A DNA stretch of 64,000 nucleotides from Nemertoderma westbladi (Eukaryota; Animalia; Xenacoelomorpha). The stretch spans positions 1 through 64,000 of the forward strand of contig JAUCBJ010007794.1 of NCBI GenBank assembly GCA_032718475.1. Reading direction: 5' to 3'. Shown here in pieces: positions 52,802-63,213 of this stretch. The translations under genes and the position numbers were made by a program. The notes under the pieces are model-generated. The model saw only the letters and a list, made by a program, of their open reading frames with translations, ran no database searches and was not told where the DNA came from. Each line of letters starts with the position of its first letter. The first letter of the stretch is position 1.

Positions 52802-53857
52802 GTGATGGACAGTGCGGCGAGAGCCTTCTGGGATATACCCGGCAAGCGGGCCTGGGTGCACGAGAAACCGGCAATGGATTTCGCGGGGGGCACCATCAGG
52901 TTGGGCGAACAACCGGGGACGGCACCACGGGTAGTATTTGGAGGGACGATGCCCGGGAGGGGCGGGGAGATAGATGTAGAAAGGGACACTAACGTCCAAA
53001 AGTTCGCCTACCAGCGACTCCATAGACTGCGGAGGTCGCTCGGGACGAAAGACGATGTGGGGCGGGAGACACTGATACTCGGTTGCGACTACTGTGGGAG
53101 ACAGACCCACCAGGAAAGGAGCTGTTTGTATCGGTTCCAGAAGGGAACCTATTGTCTATACTGCCGAGAGTCGAGCTACAGGATGGGAGCGTGTCCTTGG
53201 TTGCACAACCGATGTCCGAAGTGTAACTTTCGGGGACATTACGGATGCCAGTGCGACTGGATGGACGACGAAGAGAAGTTCAGGATCTTCGAAGAGTGGG
53301 CCGACGTCGGGGCGATGACTCGGCAACGTATGAAGGCCCAGGAGTTTAAGTGGGGTTTCTTCCTAATCAACCAGGAGGCCCACATGGAGATTATTAAACG
53401 GAGGCTTCCGTTTACTTATCAGGAAGTGGCGACGGCGGCATCATTTGCCAGGGTGATAAATACGCAGAGGTATTTAGATAGGTGGACGCCACAAAACAGA
53501 GGAGAGTTTAGGGATTTCTTGGCGGAGCATGTGCCGAGAGCCATGAAGATGATTTTATGGGACGCCACTAGGGGGAGACAAGAGGGCCATTCGGAGGGGC
53601 CACCCGCGAAGCGGTACCAGGAACTTATAACACCGGCAGCCAAGGAACTGACTACCGGGATTAGTAAGGAAGTGGCGGCGAGAGTCCGGAGACAGAAAGC
53701 AGATCCCAGGGGAGCGATAGTGACCAGGAAGCGACCCAGGGAGGAAGCCATCCCGAGAGAGACGGGGAGGTTCCCAAGGTCGGGAGGAATAGACTGAGAC
53801 TTTAGTGTGGTACGCCTGGAAGGTGCCACGCGAGACGTGCGAACTATTAAATACAAA
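52802..53857 (+). pseudogene. Inverted partial copy of A's accessory gene (zinc-knuckle half plus 3' flank)
   Basis: Near-identical reverse complement of ~27616-28672; 331-aa ORF with the intact C-terminus. Confidence 0.93.
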
Positions 53858-55906
53858 GTACCATCCCTTTATTATCGGGTAACGGTAGCTTTGGTACCTT
53901 CCATACCATCCCTATGGTGTACCGCCCCTCATCACATGTCATGGACTCCTCTACGCTCTGTTGAGCCTGCTTGTCCTCCACCGAGGTCCCTACCCCGGTC
54001 TCCTTTAATCCCTCAAAATCTTGTTTGAGCAGTCTTTTAAGCTGCTCCTCTGCTTTCTCATCACCCATTTCCTGCATAGTTCCCGCGAACATGCATCCTG
54101 ATGTCTCCGACATCCTAAATGGTATCTTGCTCTTGATTGGGCCACTCAGTGTCCACCCGAATGGTGTCAATATCGCCACTGGGTCACACTCCCTGTCTTC
54201 GCCGAAGACCGTTTGCATTCTTTCGTGGGCTGTCGGGCAGTCCATTCCTACTATGATGGATACCTGACGTCCACCTCCTGGATTGAGAAGTCAATACTGT
54301 CCAGGAATTTATATTGCTCGACCTCGATGTTGGTTGGTCGCCTGGCATTGATATTAATTGACTCTATCACTTGGATGGGGTCGATGGTTGCTCCGTAGTC
54401 ACATCCCGGTGCCACTGCTGCAATCGCGCACCGTCCAGTCCTCATCTCTAGGACTTTGTCTTTGCTCGAGATGGTTGTTACTGCCATTCTACTTGGCCTC
54501 GTCCTCAATCCTATTTCTTCGGCCACCCAATCCTCGACTAATGTGAAGGCAGCTCCGCTATCAACCAGCATCAGAGTGGTTACTGATCGATTGCCTTCCC
54601 CAATCACTCGCACCGGTACTACCCCAAGTAGCACCGTTCCTCTTTTCTTCGCCCCTACTGTGCTCGTTGCCATTGTTTGGCCTTTGTTTCGACGGAACTT
54701 AACCGGTGTCTCCTTGCATTGCCTCGCTCGATGTCCACTCATCACACATTGCGAGCAGATCTCATTTCTGTCCGCGTATTCTACCTGATCTTCCCTGGGT
54801 AATGCTTGCCAGTAGCTGCAATTCATGGTTAGATGCCTTGCATTTGTATGTAGCTGGCATTTACTCTTCGGGTCGTAGCCGTCCTTGTACAGCGCATCGC
54901 GTATCGCAACTGCATTTGTGCTAAATTCACTACTGTTTTTATAGCTTGGGTTCGGCCTACTGGATATATTGGGGTTATGTTTATTCGTGTTGTTATTTTT
55001 CCCCTGTCCGGTCTTACCCTCCGCTACTTGTGGACTCGCAGTCCCCTGCGTTGTTGCATATGGTAGTGATTGCCTGAGTTTTGGTAATGCATTCGACGTG
55101 TTGTGCTCTGGTTTCGGTCGATGGTAATCCGTCTTTGGTCCCTTTCCCAGACTATCTTCGCTATAGACTGGGTCGGTTATTAGTTCAGCTTCGTAGCTTA
55201 AGAAGCTGGACATTTCTTCTAGACCCGGTTCCACACCCTTTCTATCTCGAGTGGAGAAAGCGACTTTCCTCCACTTATTGCGCAGCCAGATCGGCAGTGC
55301 CTGCGCTATCGTGGTGATGTTGTTGGACGCGTTTAGCTCGTATGGCGCGTCCAACGTCTTCAGCACGATCAGCGCCTTTTCGACTTTGTTAGCAAACGTC
55401 TTAATGCTAACGGGATTATCCTGTAGGCCACCCGTTGTTATACCTCTCAGGGTTTGCCTGATGATCTTAGCTGGGTGCCCGTATTCCCTATCCAGCGCCC
55501 GCCATGCCGTCGTGAAGCCGCCTTCTATACCCTGGTATTGCCTCACGATGTCGTATGCTGGGCCTCCTGTGTATACTTGCAGATACTTTAGGCACTCCGC
55601 CTGCGTCAAGTTCTTCGTTAGTATTTCGTTACTATACATGCGCCGAAACTGTAGATATTCTTCCAGCCTACTCCCATCGAATTTGAATGGTCCCACCGGT
55701 GGTAACTCGATCCTGGTTTTTATCGCATCGATTAACGTGGCCATCCCCACCGCCTGCGCCTCTAATGGGTTCGATGGATGTTGCATAGTTTCCCTTGTTT
55801 GGTGCGGTCCATCCGTTCTATTCCCTGTCTTTCTCTGGCTTGGGTATATCATTGGGGGTAGCGGCCCCCTCCATATTTCAGTGGCGCATGACTTATTTTC
55901 ATCCAA
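53858..55906 (-). pseudogene. Element A gag core and protease, truncated before RT
   Basis: FKFDGSRLEEY...LKYLQVYTGG (DUF1759-like); CQLHTNARHLTMNC and CSQCVMSGHRARQC; LVDSGAAFTLV protease; TPFGWTLSGP; ends at GRYTIGMVWK...LPDNKGMVL. Confidence 0.92.
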
Positions 55907-55964
55907 GGGGTTCGTTGTTCTCGCTCCTATTGGGGTATATTGTTGATATTGCGATGGGGGAATG

Positions 55965-58900
55965 TCACCCTGTCCCCCCCCCCCCCCCCCCCACCGGTAT
56001 GTATGGTACTGGGGTTGATGTTAATATATTGGGGCCCATGCATCTATCCGCAATAATTCCCCCCTCCCCTGGGTATATGTTATATCCTTTGGTGCTGTAG
56101 TCATACTGCTGCACTGGTACCGGTATAGGCCTATCCGCTTCTGGCCTACCTACCGGAATGTATTCCGCGACTTCCGGGTTTAATCCCGTCGTCCGCGCTA
56201 TCCTATCGCCTATATTGCCTCTGTCAGCATGGCCTATGGTATGTGCAGTAAGGCCTGCAGTATGTCCTACAGTCTGTATGTGTTGCTCGGGATCGAAGTT
56301 TATTCTTCTCGAATAATCCTGCCCGCGGCTACCGTATTCTCGATCGGCAGGTATATCCCGTCGGAAAGTTTCCCTTCGACCCCCTCTACTGCTCTCATCT
56401 TCGTGCCGGTACATCATGTACCCCTCTCTCGACGCGTAGTGCGCCTCGTCGGGTCGCGTCTCTCCGGGGCGACGGCAATCTCCCGTAGTTCGACCCCACT
56501 GACTCTCTCCTTCCAACTCAACTACCGACGGCTCACTATCCGTCCTCGCTCTTCTATCGTTTGCGGCGATACTTCTCCTACCGTCTTCTCTTCTTCTTCT
56601 TCCAGTGCAGTATTCCCGCTCGTGAGATCTCTCGTCGACCTCCCGGTTAAACTCCACTGTTCTTCTTCCCTCTTCTGATTGGGCTCGACGCTCCGTCCGC
56701 CCTCTCGCGACGTCAACCTGCCTCTCTCTGCTCGATCGCACGCCGCTGGGGATACTCGCGATCCCCCTATTACTCTCCGTCGCCGGGTGTTGCGGTTTAC
56801 CTACTTCGGCCCTCGCATTATCCGCCAACGCCTGTGGGACATTCTCTGCCCCCCCTCTCTCGTCACTAACTTCTCGTGGTGGGGTGCTCGTAGCCCCCCC
56901 CCCCCCCCCCTCCCCACCCGCCACTTCTAACTTCACTACCTCTTACTACACTTCTATACCCCTCTTGTGGGGCATTATCTGCCCCCCCTCTCTCGCCGCT
57001 AATCTTACGTGGTGGGGCACCCGTAGCCCCCCCCCCCCACTCGCCACATCTAACTTCACTATCTCTTATTCCACTTCTACACCCTTCTCCCGTCGACACA
57101 ATGTTTGTATTGCGGCTGGGTCCACTTACCCCTGCCTCTCTCTCTACTACTACTTGGCCTACCAGGCCTACTTCGGGCTGGCTCAACCCCGCCGCTTCCG
57201 GCCTACTGTCTACGAGGCCTACCAGGCCTACCTCTTGTTGGCTCAACCCCGCCACCTCCGGCCTACCGACTACGTGGCCTACCAGGCCCTCACCCGCCGG
57301 GCCATGTACGTCGGACGCGTTTACATTAATAACACCACTGTGAGTATCCTCTAGTTCACCCAAATTATCCTGTGCACCAAAGTTAGAAACATTATTTTGC
57401 GTTATAACATTATTTGGATTATTTTGTAAATTCGAATTCGGATTATTATTTGCATTATTTGGATTACTTTGTATATTCGAATTCGGATTATTATTTGCAT
57501 TATTTGGATTACTTTGTATAACTACATTATTAGAATTATTTTGCACGTTAATATTAGAATCGTTCTGATTTAAAATAAAATTATTACTATTAGGTAAAGT
57601 ATTTCCTGCAATGAAAATTTGGTTAGAGTCGTTCAATACAGTATTCGGGTCTGCCGTGCGGTCCCTGTAAGTGGGGCATTAATAAATACATCCACGGCCT
57701 CTTGCTCCTCGAAAATACTCGTGCCCGTCCCGCTCTCAGACACCCCTGCCCGCACCAGTCTTAGTTCGCGCGTCTGTCTTGCTTTGTACTCTACAAACTC
57801 TCCTTGGCGTTTTTTCAATTCTTCTCTCTCGCCATTTTATCCATAGCCTCCCGTTCGCTCTGCTCGGCCAATTCCATCTCTCTCCTAATCCCCTCCCTTC
57901 GCCTCGCCTCACGCTCTCTGCGTTCACTTTCCTCCCTCGCCTCACGTTTCTCGCGTTCCGCCTCACGTTCCTTTCGTTCACTTTTCTCTCTCGCCACACG
58001 CTCCTCTTGTTCCTTCAACTCTATTTCATCATACTCCCTAAGGCTTCTCGCGGCCCTCTCGGCCCTCTCTCTGGTTTCTCTGATCCATACCGCTTCCCTT
58101 TCTAGTAGCACCTTCCCTTCCTCTAACCGTTTACTTATTTCTTCCTGACCTTGCGTTATCAGGTCGATACGATACGTGGCATTTATCGCTCTCACCCGTC
58201 TTTCTTTTACGGAGGATGTAGCAGACTTATCGGTTCTGACGGATTCCTTCCGCCTTCCCGATCTACTAACTTTCCCCCTCCTCCCGGAACTCCCTCCGAC
58301 CGACGAGACCGAATCCGCGGGGTCAACCTCGGATTTGCCCTCCTCAGGTCTGTTCCAACCCACTAATTTTATACCCCGGGCATCGATTAAGTATGGCCCT
58401 ATGTACACTACACTAGGTTGTATACCCCCGTGCCGCCATGAGTCATACAGTTCCTCGGCAACCCTTGTTGCTCTCTCCTCGGCCAATTCTCTCTGCCCGA
58501 AGCGCATTAGATAATATAAATGTCTGTCCGACTTACCTAGTCCTGACTTTAGTTTTACCTCATCTATCGTTTTCCCATTTCTGGCCTCCTCTAGTAGTCT
58601 CCGGGTCGCGTTGTAGGCCCGTTGAAGTCGATCGGAGACCCCAACGTCCTCGTCGCCGACCTCTCCTCCGTCTCTCCGGGTTCGACGTCGTACCGGCGGC
58701 CCCACCGTCGCCGTTCCGGTGGGCCGTCCGTCGCCCTCGGCCTGTGCCTGGCCGGCGACATCGGTACTGACATCTCCGTCGTCTCTCCGGGTCCGGCGTC
58801 GTACCGTCGGCCCCACCGTCGCCGTCTCGGTGGGCCGTTCGTCGCTCTCGGCCTGTGGCTGGCCCGCGACATCGGCACGTCGACCCTCGTTCCGTGTCGA

Positions 58901-59125
58901 CTCGTCTCTTTCTCCCTCGAGCTCGTTCTCTCTATCCTCCGACTCGACTCCCCCTCCTCTCGACTCGGCATCTGACTCCAGACGGTCCCCCTCATCTTGA
59001 ACTTCCGGATCGCCTGATATCGATGGCTCCGGCGTCGTGGGCCTGTACCGTCTGGTTGCGGCCTCGCGGATCGTTTGTTCTCCGTCCGGGGTCCGCGGCG
59101 GTGTCGTTTCTCCTGACCGACTCAT
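55965..59125 (-). pseudogene. Element A long low-complexity gag N-terminal extension (frameshifted)
   Basis: Overlapping ORFs from the ATG at 59125 lead into the gag core; shifts at G-runs and GA runs; R/E coiled coil, Asn-rich block and internal peptide repeats. Confidence 0.75.
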
Positions 59126-59195
59126 TTCCTTTGACTTTAGATTGGTGGCTGGTAGTCACTGGTAGTTAACTGAGTTTAGCTAGGGCGGCAGCTCT

Positions 59196-59206
59196 GATTT
59201 AATTAC
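59196..59206 (-). other. Putative self-priming PBS of element A
   Basis: GTAATTAAATC follows the LTR and pairs with LTR GA(C)TTTAATTAC at 59405-59394 (9 perfect pairs, 11 with one bulge). Confidence 0.6.
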
Positions 59207-59742
59207 TGTGACGGGATCCAGGAAGGATCCCGGTTAATCCGGTTTGTTAGTTCACGCGTGCGTCGTCCCCGCCGTGCGTGAAGGGTAAAAGAGTTTGTGT
59301 GATGTTCGTCGTATATAATGATCGGCATATAAAATGGATATAGATACAGTTATAGATTGTTGTACACGGAAAGCGGGTTAATGTTGACGTACGGTAATTA
59401 AAGTCCCGGTCCTTCCCTAACTAAACTTACTAACCTAGCTAGCACCAATATGACACACTGAGATAACTAACTGATATGATTACAGGTAACTGGTTATATT
59501 GCACGGGTGGCCTTGTTGCTCTACTCAATCGGTGCCTTTCCCCCCTCTGATTGGTTGATACACTTGTTGGCGCCTTTTGGGGTGTTCCCGTTCACCCCAG
59601 CTATTCTCTCTCTTGTCAGGGGATTAACCCCTGACCCTCATTGTGTGCTTCTCCTTCCCATTTTGTTGGGGAGACACGAGTTGGTAATTACCCAATCTCG
59701 TGTCCCCCAATATTGCTTATCGGCTCAACTTTATGGGGTGTT
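59207..59742 (-). repeat. 5' LTR of element A, cut ~23 bp from its end by element C
   Basis: Matches 26468-~27003, then switches abruptly to TGTAAAAGC. Confidence 0.94.
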
Positions 59743-60991
59743 TGTAAAAGCCTTTGCTGAATTGCCCCGTTATTTTTATTATCTTTTACATTAAAATACT
59801 CTGTAGTTGATTTAATAAGTGTAAGAGACCGTATTATTGCTGTATCGGTGTTTTTAGAGGATCTAAGACCTATTTCCTCCGTATGTGTACTGTGAAAGGC
59901 ATATTTTATGATTCTATGGCAATTCGTGACGCAAAGGGGTGATAGCTACTCTTGAACAGTAGTTACTATGACTACGGTTAACAGCTGACATTCATACGTG
60001 TTGATTTCCTTTGTTCTACGGCGTCTCTCAGTTCAGTCAGCCAATTAGAGCGTTTTTGTGGCTCCTTGTACAGAAAATTTCCGAGAAATGACGCAATGCC
60101 TATGTGCAGTGTTTACATTCAGTCCTGAGCCAAAGAAAGAACGGCTTGGAAGTATTTTGTGCTTTACTGTTTTTAGTCTTACACTAGTAGGTTTAATTAC
60201 AAGGACATATATCCTTTAACTACCTGACTCATGGAATCACTGATCTGGGAATACACTGACTGCTGACACACGGCTTTTAATAACTGCTGAAACTGCTAAA
60301 ATTACCTGCTCAATCGATACTGTATACTGCTATTTGTTGTCGGTTATTCATTATATTGGTTGATGAATTATTTTATTGGAATAACGAGAAATAACCCCGA
60401 AAACCCAATATTCTTGATATACCGAAGGTAAGAGAGAAAGGTTACCAATAAAGATTGTGACTTATGTTAAAGTGGTTTGAAGTGAATCTAATGTTATTTG
60501 ATAGACCCTACATGAGTCAGTCTGTGTTCCTTTTATATGTGACTAAAATCAGTGAAGATTGGAAGATTAGTGTGCAGTATTGTGCAGCATTGTGTATGAG
60601 TGAGTCTGTTAAAGAAGCAATTCCTAAAGAATGCGCCATATATGTGAATTATAATTAAGCCATATCGTTGTGAGTAGTTTAAGTCATAACTCTGTTTATA
60701 TAGATAAAGCGCCACGTCCTAAAGGAACTGTTAATATTCCCCGAAGGTGAATAATATTGTCAGAGATTATATAATACTGTCAGTCGAATAATACATTAGG
60801 CTTACATAGCAATAAAATTAAACCGTCGAACCCAATCTCCCGGGAATATCCAGCGGGTGAATGATCGCGCACAGATTGGTTTCGACTAGTGTAGTGAATT
60901 AAATACTTGTCATAGACTAAAAACCGATTTAATATCTAGAAGACATCTTAATTTGGTGGGTTAAACTGCCAAAGGTCTGAAAGCGCGAACA
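59743..60991 (+). repeat. 5' LTR of element C (~1,249 bp)
   Basis: TGTAAAAGC...AAAGCGCGAACA; boundaries inferred from homology to B's LTR ends. Confidence 0.8.
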
Positions 60992-61002
60992 TTAAAGGAT
61001 AT
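60992..61002 (+). other. Putative self-priming PBS of element C
   Basis: TTAAAGGATAT follows the LTR and is the exact reverse complement of LTR 60209-60219 (ATATCCTTTAA). Confidence 0.72.
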
Positions 61003-63213
61003 TTGTTTCTTTATTGCAGTAAGCAATAAAGTTGAAAGTACCGGTCAACCGGTAAACCTGAAAGGTACATCTGTAGGTCAGTAGGCCCAACTGCCAGAAC
61101 CGGTACCAGTAGGCCTGACTACCTAACCACCCGGACCGGTACCTACAGCAGTACAGGTACAGCAGTATTATTCGATTTTGATAGTTGTATACCGGTAGGT
61201 CTTAGTACTTAATCAGGGAACGGCCGCCCTGAATTTTTATTGAGATTTTACTTATTTCTGTCAAGTTTTATTTATTTGTAGGCCAGTATTGAACAGAAGG
61301 CGTGTAAGCCTGATCAGATTGTACAGACGATTTGTAGGCTGAGCTGTTGTCTGATTGCTGTTAAGTCCGAACGAATTGCAGTGTGTGTAGAGCACTTGTC
61401 CGATTAAGTACGGTTAGGAAGTAGGGGCAGCCAATGCGGTAAGGTAAACCCCCAACTAAAGAATAAGTCACACTACTGGGTTAGAGCGCATACTCCCTAA
61501 TCATTTCGGAGTCTGCATGTCCTGTGGTTTATTTAGGCTTGAGAGTAGTCTGCCATCGTTTAGTCTGTACTTTGTTTGTGTAAGTCTGTACGGGTAGCGT
61601 ATAATTTTATTTAAATAATTTGTAGGCTGGATAGTTGTCTGGCTGTTATTAAGTCTGAACGGATTGCCGCGTGTGTAGATCATCTGTCCGATTAAGTACG
61701 ATTAGGCAGTAGGGGCAGCGAACGCTGTAAGGTAAACCCCCAACTAAAGAATAAGTCGCACTACTGGGTTAGAGCGCATACTCCCTAATCATTTCGGAGT
61801 CTGCATATACCGTAGTTTGTTTAGGCTTGATAGTAGTCTGTCAGTGTTCTGTCTGTATTTTGTTTGAGTAGTTTGTACGCGTAGCGTAATATTTATTATT
61901 CAGAGTTTATGCGATTATTCGCAACATTCAAGTCCCCAAGTTTGTTCCTACAGTAATTGTGTTTGTTATACATACCGCTATAGTTAAATTAACCTCGGTA
62001 CTACACGGGCTGCTTGGCGTAGGTAAAGACTGGTGATTTTGTGCATCGGTCACTCCAGCAGATGCCGTGGTTCTTTTAGCTGTTCAAGTATATTTAATTA
62101 CTGATTATCTGTTGTACAAGTACTCGTACCTAATTTAGGGTTTAGTGTACAGTGCTTTCCGAGAATAATTAGTGTAGGCATTATATTTGTGTTGTAAAGT
62201 GGTTGATAGGCACATTCGATTAGCTCTATTAACTTCTAGGTAGGAACACTCCGTGATACATAACGTAGAACCTATAGCGATACGGCTATAGGTAGTCAGG
62301 CGGTGGTATTTTCCTATCTAGACAACGCAGTGTATTTACTACTACTTATTATTTCAAATACCGTAGTACTCTGTCCGTTGTAATAACCGGTTATCTAACC
62401 CTTTGTTAGGCTGGTTTGTAGACTTCTTGTAAAATTACCCTAAAAATTCGTATTTGTTTTTGTAAATTTTTGTGTTTATTTAGAGATTGTAATCTCACCC
62501 GAATTGTACGTAATTTGTAGTATTAAGTAACTTAGGTAAATTAGTATTATTTGTTTTAGTGTCTCATAAGTAACACTTCATTGAAAGCGCACCGCTTTGT
62601 GTAGTGATTACCCCCAGAAATAATAACATTTATTTCAAACATTGACAAAACCCATTAAAACGGGTATATATATATTATAAATCAAATCTAACGATTTATA
62701 AATAGTAGGCCTACCATATAACAATTAGGTCTCAATATCAGTTGGACTACTGCTCAAATAACGGTAATAAAGTAAGTAAGTAACCAAGTAACCCTAAAAT
62801 ACAGAAATTCAATTATTTAAAATAATTGATATACCGGTATTTACGATAGGCCTATTATCTTTATTTCTATAAATTTAGGCTGAAATTATACCGGTACTTG
62901 TAATTAATTCTAGTCCAGAATTATATATACTATAAATTGTAAGCTGTATACCGGTATTTCCGATAGGCCTATTATATATTTATATATATTTGTGCTAAAA
63001 TTATACCGGTATTCTGTGATAAACCTAGTCTGTAATAATACTTATATAGTTATATATACTATAAGTATACCGGTATTCTAATATATTATATATATATCAC
63101 GCTACACTGAGTAGCAGTACCGGTAATTAATTACTAGGCTAGCAGTTAATACTGAGTTATTAGACTTACTCAGACTGTAATACAGCAGTAGACATTCAAC
63201 GGTATACATAGTC

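Larger units (their letters stand above)
26468..59742 (-). mobile_element. BEL/Pao LTR retrotransposon A (defective; hosts B and C; ~14.5 kb without B)
   Basis: Direct LTRs at 26468-27025 and 59207-59742, a PPT, gag-PR-(RT lost)-RNaseH-IN order with Pao-type motifs, and an extra 3' ORF. Confidence 0.95.

Noticed and set aside
27593-59169. Many short plus-strand ORFs over A and B and short ORFs inside LTRs or the 38-bp array
   Set aside because: Antisense shadows of gag/pol/accessory frames or repeat-derived; no motifs. Exception: 52802-53797, the inverted copy.
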